DNA of 64,000 nt from Mobula hypostoma (Eukaryota): contig NC_086124.1 of NCBI RefSeq assembly GCF_963921235.1, positions 24,366,001-24,430,000 on the forward strand, written 5' to 3'. Under the pieces are notes generated by a model. The model was not told the DNA's origin, made no database searches, and worked only from the letters and a program-made list of their open reading frames with translations. Made by a program: the position numbers and the translations under genes. Shown here in pieces: positions 14,037-25,565 of this stretch. Position 1 is the stretch's first letter, and every line of letters starts with the position of its first letter.

Positions 14037-14200
14037 AAATGGTCTCAGGTTTAAGATCATTAATTGAAGCTTCTTTGTGTCAACATTCAACTACTCTGAT
14101 TAGATCATCCCAAAGCAATAATCAGTTCAGAGTCCACAAAATGGAGCGGGAGGTGGAAACAGAGACAATTAGTTTGTCTGCTTCCCCGTTTTGATACATC

Positions 14201-17200
14201 TGTTATGTACCCCTAGGGTTCATATTTTCTGAGGACTGTCACTTTAAAATGTCGGGAGAATGAGACTGACTTTTGGACACTGTTTGAGCTGCTTCAGAGA
14301 GAGAGATGGAGTTATTTGATGGACAATCCACGTTATGGTTTCTCTGCAGCTTGTTTTGAATATACAAGGACACACAGATACACACAGTTAGAGTCAAGAT
14401 GGATGAGGTCAATGGAAGACACCAGTGAGTTGGTCGTTGGTTTAAACTTTTAGTAGCCCAAAACGGGTGAGTTGAGATTGATTCTGAGTATTGACAAATG
14501 ACTCTCACAAGTTTTCTGCAACTAAGCCAAGTTTGCAGGAGGAGAAGAGAGGAGAGATAGGTTTGAAACAGAAGAAACCTAGAGACAAAGAGATCACTGT
14601 TTGGACTCTCTCTCTAAGTAGCCCGTGAAGGTGAGTTGGTTTCTATTCAACTACAAAAGTGTGATTGTCACTTAGTTAATCCACAGGAGTGGGTTCTCTG
14701 GTGAGGGGAAAACCTTTGTGAACACCACATGTGTGTTTACCCTTTTGTCTGGGTGTGGTAGTTCACAGAAGAACTACCCTGTGGCAAATCACTGTTGGAG
14801 TTATTTCGTATGTCGTGGAACTGGTAAGTGTCGTTCGATCTAAGGGTTTCATTGATTTTTTGGATCTTAAGTTCCGATTCGTGGAAGATTTCAGTAAACC
14901 AATCCGGGATCAACAGGTTCGTTACAGATCTGTGATGTCGGAACTCTACAAGATGGATTTAAGACCAGCGCTGCTTTACCCAGCACATCTAAGGATTCGT
15001 ACGTTGGATGGAGCCCTCCGTTTTTTTGACTCTCCATCGGATGCCCAGAGTTATCTGGATCAATTTTCACCTTCAACATCTTAATTGTAATTTTTTAACT
15101 ATCTCCGCTGATCGGAGGCTGTGAATTTGTCGGTCTTAATTTTTTTTTTGCCCTATTTGGGCAGAAAAGTTTATTTTTGATTACTTAATATGGTTGCTAA
15201 ACTTTCTTTTTAACTGTGTCATTTCTTTCTTTTTCCCAGGGGATTCTGGGTGGTTACTTCCTTATTGTCATTTTACGTATTTCCTTCGTGGCCTTAAATT
15301 TTGTAGTTTTTTTTAAATCTATTTTGTTTTGTAGGTTTTTATAACTAGTTTATGTTAATAATCTTATTTTTTTTGTTGTTCTGTTTATTCATGGGTCTGG
15401 GGTTTATTGTGGTTTTTTAAATATATTTTCTGGATTTTATTCTGTTATGTGTTTATTTTAATTGAGTTATCTTTTTTTATTCTTTTACTGTTTTATAATC
15501 AGCTGATCTTTTTTATATTTACACTTTTTTTTTTAGGGAGCGTATACCGGAAGTCATGGGGGTAGTTTCAGTGCTTGCTTCTTTCGGGCTGGTCTGCGTT
15601 AGATTTAGCTTTGGGGTCATGGGGTGGAGGGTGGTGGGAGGGGCTTCACATTTTAGTTTCTTTCTTCTTGGGCTATATACATTATTGAAGTATTGGTTGC
15701 GTTCTTCTTCCCGGTATCTCTTGTATGTTCTGTTCCCTCTCCGGGTTCGTGGGTCGAGCCTATCGTCAATCCTCCTTGTTGTGGGTTGACTTTAGGGTTT
15801 ATGGAGTCTATTATTAATTTTGTCTCCTGGAATACTAATGGTCTTAATCATCCTATTAAAAGGAAAAAAGTTTTTAAAGTGTTCCGGAGACTTAAAGCAC
15901 AAATTTTATTCTTACAAGAGACCCATGTGCGGAGGGGGGACAGACTACGTTTTTTTAAATTCTGGAAGGAACAACAGTTTCATTCGAACTCCAATGCTAA
16001 GATTCAAGGCGTCTCTATTTTTATAGACTCATCAGTTACTTTTATACAACATGATATTATTTCTGATCCGAATGGTAGATTTCTATTGGTTAGTGGTTTA
16101 CTATTTAATAAAAAAGTAGTTTTGGTTAATGTTTATGCTCCTAATATGGATTGTCCGGAATTTTATAAATCATTATTTAATCAGTTTCTGAATTTGAATG
16201 AATTTTCATTGATCTGGGGCAGAGATCTTAATACCTGTTTGTCTCCAGCTTTGGACCGTTCGGCTCCTTTACGGACCTTACCTAATAAATCTGCAACTTT
16301 GATTAATTCATTTCTTTCTGATTCTGGGTCAACGGACATTTGGCGCTTTTTGCATCCTCAGGAAAAAGATTTTTCTTTTTTTTCACATGTTCATCATTCC
16401 TATTCAAGAATTGATTATTTCTTTATTGATTCTCCTCTTATTCCCTCAGTGATTAATTGTGATTATGATTCTATAACCATTTCGGATCATGCTCCACTTA
16501 AGCTTTCTATTAAAATTCTGGCCAATATACAAAATAATAGACAATGGCGTTTTAATTCGCTGTTGCTTCAGGACTCGGACTTTGTTAACTTTATGAATGA
16601 ACAGATTGATCTTTTTTTTACAATTACCCATACAGAGGATATTTCTGTTAACACTCTTTGGGATACTTTTAAAGCTTATATTCGTGGTCAGATTATCTCG
16701 TATTCTGCTGCTTTGAGGAAGAAGCAGAAGCAGGAGGAGTTGGTAATTGTGGACAAGATTAAGGAAATTGATAAGAAATATGTTATAGCTCCTTCTGAGG
16801 AGTTATATAAACAAAGAACTGAACTTCAAATGGAACACAGTTTATTACTCTCGTCCTCGATTGTAAACCAATTAAAGAAAACAAGAAGTGAATTTTATGT
16901 ACACAGTGACAAAATTGGTAAACTGTTGGCTAATCAATTGAAGTCTAATTATGCTAAATCTCAAATTAATCAGATTTATAACCAAAATGATCGACTAATA
17001 CTTGATCATGTGGGGATTAATCAAACCTTCTGTGATTTTTACTCTTCCTTATATCAATCAGAGTCTCCTCGAGATTCTAAATATATGAATGATTTTTTAG
17101 ATAATTTAGACTTCCCTCAGATTTCACAGGATATGGCTTCTATGTTAGATACTCCTATTACCATGAATGAGATTAAGAATGTTATTTTCTCTATGAATTT

Positions 17201-20200
17201 GGGGAAAGCTCCTGGCCCTGATGGGTTTACCGTAGAATTTTATAAATGTTTCACACCTTCATTAATCCCTTGGTTCTGTAGGGTTTTTGAGGCTTCATTA
17301 AAACTTGGTAAACTTCCTGAATCTTTTAATAGAGCGTCAATCTCTTTAATATTAAAGAAGGATAAAGATCCTGCTCAATGTGCTTCTTATAGACCAATAT
17401 CTTTATTAAATGTTGATTCTAAAGTTTTTTCTAAGTTATTAGCAAATAGATTAGAAAAAGTACTTCCCTTTATTATTTCGGAAGACCAAACGGGTTTTAT
17501 TAAAGGTCGTTACTCTTTTTATAATATTCGTACATTGTTAAATATCGTTTATACTCCCTCACAAAATGTTCCTGAGTGTGTTATCTCTTTAGATGCCAAG
17601 AAAGCTTTTGGTAGAGTAGAATGGCCTTATTTATTTAAGGTGCTTGAAAGGTTTAATTTCAGCTCGAAATTTATATCCTGGATTAAACTCTTATATTATT
17701 CTCCTGTGGCCTCGGTCCGTGCTAACTCTTTAAGTTCACCTTTTGCCCCTCTTTTTCGAGGTACTCGACAAGGCTGTCCTCTTAGTCCTTTATTATTTGA
17801 TATTGCATTAGAACCTCTTGCAATTGCCATTCGAGAATCTCCAAATATTACTGGGATAACTCGGGGCTTAAAGTCCCATAAATTATCACTCTTTGCTGAT
17901 GATTTACTTTTATATATTTCTAATCCTCAAAAATCCATCCCGGCTGTTTTAGAGTTATTAGCACAATTTGGTCTTTTTTCAGGTTATAAATTAAATCTTA
18001 GTAAGAGTGAACTCTTTCCAATTAATAAACAACTTTCCTTATATTATAAATTTCCATTTAAATTGATTAATAATTATTTTTCATATCTTGGGATTAAAAT
18101 TACTTGTAAATACAAAGATTTATTTAAGACTAACTTTTTACCATTAATAGACCATATTACTCAACTTTCATCTAAATGGCTTCCTTTATATTTAACTTTG
18201 ATTGGTCGTATTAATGCAGTTAAGATTTTTTTTTGCCAAAATTTTTATATATATTTCAGGCATTACCAATCTTTGTTCCAAAATCTTTTTTTGACAAAGT
18301 TGACTCTAAAATTTCTTCATTTATTTGGCAGAATAAAAATCCGGGACTGGGTAAAATACATTTACAGGAAGCTAAGAGAGATGGAGGCTTAGCATTACCT
18401 AACTTTCGATTTTATTATTGGGCAATTAATATTCGACATATGAAATTCTGGTTACTGGACCAGGATATACTATCCATTCCTAAATGGGTAGTATTGAAAT
18501 TACAATCTGTTCAGGGTTTTACACTTGGCTCTATTTTAGGTTCCTCTCTTCCTTTTGATTGGAAACGCCTTAAACAGGTGTCTAACCCGATAGTTAAATA
18601 TACCTTGCGTATTTGGTTTCAATTCAGAAAATTTTTTGATCTTAATCAATTTGGGTTAGCGATTCCTATTTTAGGTAACATATTTTTTCCTCCCTCTTTT
18701 ACGGATCGTGCTTTTCAAACTTGGAAGACTAAGGGTATTTCACGGTTTTTGGATTTATTTTTAGATGGTTCCCTTATGTCTTTTGAATAATTATCTAATA
18801 AATATAACTTATCAAGAATACATTTTTTTAGATATCTACAAGTTAGAAATTTCCTAAGTACTATACTTTCTTCCTTTCCAATGCTTCCTCCTACATACAT
18901 TTTAGATACTATAATCAACCTTAATCCATGTCAGAAAGGTGCATCGGCTATGATTTATAATATTATTATGAAACTTAGGAAAGCTCCATTTGATAAGATT
19001 AGGGTAGATTGGGAACAGGAATTGGGGTTTACCATTTCTGTGGATGACTGGGGGCAGATTTTACAATTAGTCAATACTTCCTCTATCTGTGCTAAACATT
19101 CCCTAATTCAATTTAAAGTTGTTTATAGAGCACATATGTCCAAAGATAAGTTAGCGCGCTTTTATTCTCATATTAATCCTTTTTGTGATAGATGTCCGGG
19201 GCAGATAGCCTCTTTAACTCATATGTTTTGGTCTTGCCCTACTTTGGAAACATTTTGGAGAGACATTTTTAATATTATCTCCAAGGTATTGAATATAGAT
19301 ATCTCTCCTCACCCTATTACTGCTATCTTTGGACTACCTAAAATTTCCAGTAATCTCTCCCCTTCAGCCCGTAGAATGATTGCATTTCTTACTTTAATGG
19401 CGAAAAGATGTATCTTACAACACTGGAAAGAGCTTAATGCTCCAACTACCTTTTTTTGGTTTTCTCAGACGATATTATGCTTGAATCTGGAGAAAATTAG
19501 AAGCAATCTTTATGATTCCTCACTTAAATTTGAACAGACTTGGAGATCTTTTATTCAATATTTTCATTTAATGTAATATATACCCTTCTTGTTTTTTTTA
19601 CTGTTTTTAATGGAGGTCGGGATTGAGGACGTGATTTTAAGTTTAACTCTGTTTGGTTTCAAGTTAGCCCATTGCTTTGCGTTGCTTTTAGTTAGTTGCA
19701 CGGTGGGTTTTTTTGGGGGTTTTTTTTTCCTTTTCTCTATTGATATATATATAAAAATTAGTATACTATTATGTTACCTTGGTACGTTATGTTTAAATTA
19801 CATTGTTTGTAGTATTTTTTTGTATTAATATCTTCTGTAATTTTATTATATTCTAACAATGTATTAGTATTTATATGGCTTACCTTTTTGTATACTTATT
19901 TAATAAAAAGATTTAAAAAGAAAGAAAGGAACTGGTAAGTGGCTATCATGTTGTGTGTTTGGGGTAACCTTGTGGAATCTACCGGTGTGTCCACCCTTTG
20001 CCTGGGTGGTGGTTCCCTTGAAGAGGGTCCCCTTTGTGATAAGCTACTATTGGTGATAATCCATACGTGGATTCTGTTGGAGTATCCTGTGGCCACCACT
20101 TTGAGATGTCCCATAGCTGAATTCGGGTGTGGTACCACTTGTGTTAAAAGGATATTTGTTGGAGATCACTGTCGGTGAAATTTTGTGTGTGGAGTGGAAA

Positions 20201-20584
20201 AACTACAGAGATAAAACCTATTACTATTGTTATTTTGTATTGCTGTCCTGGAATCTGTGGAATATCGATGTAATTGCCTTCTCACAACATTCGCCTTTGG
20301 ATTACAAACATCTCGCGTTAGTTAACCTGTGCATCACGAACTGAATTTACTTTGTTTACATACCATCGTAAGACTGTATCAATTACCACCTAAGCTTGAA
20401 GAAGTTTAGGTTCTGTATTTCCACACCTATATATGCATAAACTCTGATAACCTGTTTGATTTATCTGGTTTTATGCTACTTTATTACGTAGTTACTAATA
20501 AAATAGAATTAGTTAACAGCAAAACCAGACCGCAGGTGTGTTCCATTTCTGCTGGTTCTTTAACCCGTTACGGGGTACATAACA
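14201..20584 (+). mobile_element. Solo LTR (about 1.27 kb net) split by an L1
   Basis: Perfect 13-bp terminal inverted repeat TGTTATGTACCCC/GGGGTACATAACA; 4-bp TSD CATC/CGTC. The empty site is visible in the sister ERV LTR at about 9805-9815. Orientation is inferred. Confidence 0.8.
14831..19927 (+). mobile_element. Near-intact L1-clade LINE (ORF1 3' part plus full ORF2)
   Basis: 14-bp TSD GGAACTGGTAAGTG at 14817-14830 and 19928-19941. ORF1 C-terminus to 15084. ORF2 15801-19576 (APE SWNTNGLN/QETH, RT QGCPLSP/FADD, Cys-rich CDRC...HMFWSC) has one frameshift at about 18230 and one stop at 18788. Confidence 0.95.
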
Positions 20585-23500
20585 CGTCAATCCACTAATT
20601 GCATACCATAGTTTCTTCTGGCCGATAGTATAATTCTCCCAATTTCGTTACCCTACACCCTATAACTCAGGTTCTCAAATCTCATCAATGTATTGTAATC
20701 TTTTTCTGCTCACTTTTAATCTTATTGATATTCTTCCTTAGGTGAGTGATAAAAACTGTACACAATACTCCAAGTTAGGCCTCACCTACGTCTTATACAA
20801 TTTCAATGTAATATCCCAAACTCCTGTACTCAGTCCATTGATTTATGAATGTCAATGCACCAAAAGCTCCCTCCACAACCCTATCTATCTGCGACACCTC
20901 CTTAAAGGAATTACTCACATTTAAACTCATCAGGGCTCACTTTATTCACAGGAATAATTATTTCATTATCATTCATACATTAAAAATAAAATTGCGCAGG
21001 CTGGGGTGTTAAAAGACAACATCCAACAGCCTAGAAAATCAGCCAGTCTGGCACATCATTAGGATTTTGCAGCATTGTAGGGTAGCGGTTAGCAAAATGC
21101 CATTACAGCATCAGCAATCACCAGTCGGTGTTCAATTCCTGCTGCTGTCTGTAAGGAGTTTGTACTTTCTCCCCATGACGGTGTGTGTTTCCTCCAGGAG
21201 CTCCCGTTTCCTCCCACGTACAGTTAGGGTTAGCAAGCTGTGGGCAGGCTATCCTGGTGCCAGAAGCATGGCGACACTTGCAGCCTGCCCTTGGCACAAT
21301 CTTCACTGATTGATCGATGCAAACAACTCATTTCACTGTATGAGTCAAGGTACATGTAACAAATAAAGCCAATCTTCACCTTAATCTTTAAGAAGACAGA
21401 TAGATTTCTGCAAGTAGAAGTCATCGAAGAGTGTGAGGAAAGAACAAAAGCATCTCGTTTTGATGGGATTAGACATTATCGTAATGAATGAGGCAAAATC
21501 CTTGAGGTGTAAGTGAAATAACACAGAAATACTGGAAATCTTAGACAATTCCAATCAAGTATCTGCAGTGTTTTTTTTCCTGAGTTTCACAGACCTTCAA
21601 AGCCAACCACCTGTTCCAGCTTATATGAAGAGGGTTACCTTCAAGATGGGCCGATACGCACTGACCCCCTGAATCTGCCCGGGTCTGTGGATTCACGTGG
21701 GCAGGAGGCATGAGGACAGGTGATCCCTTTGGTGCACGAGTTGGTGAGTCTGGAGTTGAAGGTCCTTTCACTGGCAGGTCCTGGGGTCAATAGCAAATAT
21801 CGAAGCCTGAAGGTCAAACGGAAGTCTGGAGGTTGATATCTGCAAGATCACCGGAGGTTGGATGCTCAAAGGCGGACTGTCCTGGGGTTGCAGGACCATC
21901 TGTATGTGTGTGTGAGTGAATGGGTGGTCGGGAGGAATGAAGTCTGCTTTGTTGTCGTTGATTTATTGCTGTTCTGTTGTTGTTTTGTTGCTCGTATTGT
22001 TCTGATAAACATTATGTTGGCACCAGAATGTGTGGCGACCTTAAGTTGTGTTGGTTGTTAATGCAAACGACATATTCCTCTGTATGCTTGCTTTCAATAT
22101 ACGTGTGACAAATTAATCTTTATTGTTACCTTTAAGAAGAAAGCTAGACTTCTGGATGTAGAAATTATCCAAATGAGTAAGGAAAGAGAAAGAATATGTT
22201 GAGATCAGAGTATCAGTCCCAATCATATTGAATGAAGCAAAAGACCTGAAGTATTGAAATAGGCAAGTGAAAAAAACACGGCATAGATTTAGTGACCATC
22301 CGCTTGATATCGTCTTGTAGACCTCCATGAAGTCATCTCTCGCCTTCCTTCGCTCCAAAGAGAAAAGCCTGAGCTCGCTTAATCTTATCTAAGACATGCT
22401 CACCAATCCAGGCAGAATCCTGGTAAATCACCTCTGCACCCTCTCTAAAGCTTCCACGTCCTTCCTATGAGGTGACCAAAACTGAACACAATACTCCAAA
22501 TGGGGCCAAACCAGAATTTAATTGAGCTGCAACAATACCTCCTCACTCTTGAATTGAATTCCCTGACTAATTGAAGGCAAGTACACCGTACCCTTTCTTA
22601 AAGCATAAGAGTGGAAATGTGAGCAGTTTCCAGTTCTTGGGTGTAAACACCTCTGAAGATCTAATCTAGGTTCAACATATTGATACAATTACAAAGAAGT
22701 CTCAATAGCGGCTGTATTTCATTGGGATTTGGAAGAAAATTGGTATGTCACTAAGGACACATGCAGATTTCTATAGGTGTACCATGGGGTGCATTCAAAC
22801 TGGTTGCATCGCAGTTTGGTATGGCGAGGCTGTGACACAGGATCAGAAAACTCTGTAGAAAGTTGTAAACTCAGCCAGCTGCATCATGGGCACCAGCCTC
22901 CTCAACATCCAGGACATCTTCAAAAGGCGATACCTCAGGCAGGTAGCATCCATCACTGAGGACATGTCTTCTCTTTGCTACCATCAAGGAGGAGGTATGG
23001 GAGCCTGAGGAGGCACATTCAACGTTTCAGGGACAGAATCTTCCCCTCTTCCATCAGATTTCTGAATGGACAATGAACCCATGAACACCACCTCAGAATT
23101 TTTCGCTCTCTTTTTGCATTACGTATTTAATTTTATATGTCCTTCTTATTGTAATTCATAGTTTTATATGTCAACAAGACAACAAATCAACAACTTACAT
23201 GACATAAAAGGCATCCGTTAGTCTTACGAGACCATGGATCTGCACTTGGAAGGTCTTCACTCTCCAGGGCACAGGCCTGGGCAAGGTTGTATGGAAAACC
23301 AGCAGTTGCCCATGCTGCAAGACTCCCCTCTCTACGACACCGATGTTGTCCAAGGGAAGGGCATTAGAACCCATACAGCTTGGCACCAGTGTCATCGCAG
23401 AGCAATGTGTGATTAAGTCCCTTGCTCAAGGACACAACATGCTGCCTCGGCTGCGGCTCGAACTCACGACCTTCAGGTCACTAATCCAATGCCTTAACCA

Positions 23501-23625
23501 CTTGGCCACATGACATATGCCAGTGGTATTAAACCTGATCTGATAACTTGTCCTATCAATCTTTGAGCGATCTATGGATGTGAGCCCCAAGATCCCTTTG
23601 CTTCTCCCCACTATTCATTAGAGGC

Positions 23626-23729
23626 ATGCCTAGTTCTGGTCTACAGTACTACAGCTGGGGTGGCTTCTGCTCCCGTAAACTTTGTTGTATCCAATACTCT
23701 CAGCCATTTCTGATAGTCACACGGTCAAC
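23626..23729 (+). pseudogene. Candidate decayed leader exon of copy 1
   Basis: ATG CCT AGT (MPS, as in the copy 2 leader). Another frame gives hydrophobic WLLLP*TLLYPILSAIS. Consensus donor gtaagt at 23730, 185 nt before the distal exon. Needs indels to restore frame and phase. Confidence 0.3.
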
Positions 23730-23914
23730 GTAAGTGTGGTCTAACAAGTGTGTTGTCTAGCATGGGAGCAAATGGATTGAAATTGTAACTTATAGTCAGA
23801 TGGAACCTGCAACTCAGAAGATATAAATCACCATGTTTCATGCAATTCATTCGCAACACACCCTACCCTTGAGACGACTCTTCAACTATCCTTCTTCTCA
23901 ATTGTGCTCATCAG

Positions 23915-24194
23915 GGAAGACAGTCGACTCCTACACAGCTCTGTGGTTCTCAGAAACGGGCCTGCGATTTGGTTACGATGGCAAAGACAACACCTATTTT
24001 GATTTCTCTGTCAGGAAATCTGTGGCCAGTATTCCACTGTTGGAAGACTTTATCAGTGGTCTGAACCACCTCAAACCCTGTCTTTGAAGTCAACCGTACC
24101 AAGGAAGTTCTGATCCTGAATGCCAAGCTGTCTACATCATAACGTCATGGAAGTTATGTTGAACTTGGAACAGAGCCAACTCGACAAATGCAAG
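23915..24194 (+). pseudogene. Copy 1 membrane-distal (alpha2/beta1-type) exon, decayed
   Basis: Acceptor catcag, phase 1. GKTVDSYTALWFSETGLRFGYDGKDNTYFDFSVRKSVASIPLLEDFISGLN aligns without gaps to copy 2 LQFAYNGEVAVCFDYTTGKFVAINP.VKSFVDDLN. Stop at 24085-24087. The 3' boundary is uncertain (possible decayed donor gcaaat at 24195). Confidence 0.7.
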
Positions 24195-24824
24195 GCAAAT
24201 TGCTGACAACAGCGCCCCCACCAGTTTCTTTACAAAACTACATTTATTATAAATTCAAACCACTGCAGTGCTATGATACACCGCATTACAAACAAAAACC
24301 AGGCAAATCATGTCTAACACAGATTAAGCTAACACATTCCTATCCTCATTGAGGATAACATTTAGCTCCTCCCCCCCACCAAAGGAATCCCCCTGTCCCT
24401 CAAACATTGCCAGGTAATCAGCTCAGTCAGAACCCTCCACTACCCACCTCCAAAACCCACAGGTAATTATCTTACCCAGCTACCAGGAGCAGGTTAACTA
24501 GGACATCCTCCTTTCTCCCTGACCCTCGGTACGAGATAACCAAGGATGAAAAGAGTGTGGCTAACAGTGTCCCCAGCTTCTGTGCATTGACACAATAAGG
24601 TCAGTCAGCATAGGAGCAGGCCCTGTGGCCCATCATGTCTATGCTGTCCATCAGATTCACACAGCTCGGGAACAGGCCTTGTTCCTGTCAGTAACCTTAT
24701 GTACATGTAATGCCCTGGTTCGTATTTTTTTTTTACTGTTATGCTGTTCTGTATCTCATTTTATGCTGTTCTGTGCAAGCTGCTTGTTTTTAGCTTATGT
24801 TTGGGTTATTGTTGAAGATAAGAG

Positions 24825-25532
24825 ATAGGAGAATTGCGTGATATCCAATTATGGGCAATTACGGGTAATGTGAGATCGCTGGGAAATAAAATGGATGAGT
24901 TGACAGCACTATCCAGGAGTCAGAGAACATTTCGGGAGTGCAGTGTTATGTGTTTTACTGAAACGTGGCTGACCAAAACGTTTCCATAAAGGGCTTCCAG
25001 ACCGTTTGGGCTGACTGGAAATGCACTGAGAGCGGTAAGCGTAAAGGAGGGGGGCTTGCTGTGCTGGTTAACGACAGATGGTGCAGTCCGGGTCATATTA
25101 CGATCAAGGAACGTGTTTGTAGCCCGGATATTGAACTTTTTGCTGTTAGACTCAGGCCATATTATTTGCCAAGGGAAATCTCACATTCAATTGTGGTTGC
25201 TGTGTACATCTTCCCTCTGCCAACCCGAAATCGGTGTGTAACATCATTTATACTGTTAGGCACAGGAGTACATTCAGCTAGAGACTCATTCCACTGGGAT
25301 GTAGCACTGTCATGGAAAGTCATTCCTGCCTGTGGCCATCAAACTTTGCAGCTCCTCCCTTGGAGGGTCAGACACCCTGGGTCAATGGGCTGGTCCTGGA
25401 CTTATTTCTGTCTGGCATGGTTTACATATTATTATTTGAATGTTTGTGGTTTTGTATTGCTATGTTTGTACTCTGTCCTTGGTTGGTGCAACTGTAACGA
25501 AACCTAATTTCCCTTGGGATCAATAAAAGATG

Positions 25533-25563
<31 letters not shown>
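24825..25563 (+). mobile_element. Internally deleted Rex1/Babar-type element (endonuclease part joined to 3' end)
   Basis: 24825-25255 encodes APE motifs (CFTETW, GGGLAVLVN). From about 25258 it matches 13666-14020. (TCTA)n tail. Confidence 0.7.

Positions 25564-25565
<2 letters not shown>

Larger units (their letters stand above)
9058..20627 (-). mobile_element. Internally deleted endogenous retrovirus-like element with nested insertions in its 5' LTR
   Basis: LTR pair 9058-9851 and 12100-20627 (after removing inserts). PBS 12095-12077 TGGCGTTCCCTGTTGGGTG. PPT AAGAGGAGGGAGA next to the 3' LTR start TGTTGGCC at 9851. Gag-like and env-TM remnants; no pol seen. Confidence 0.8.
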
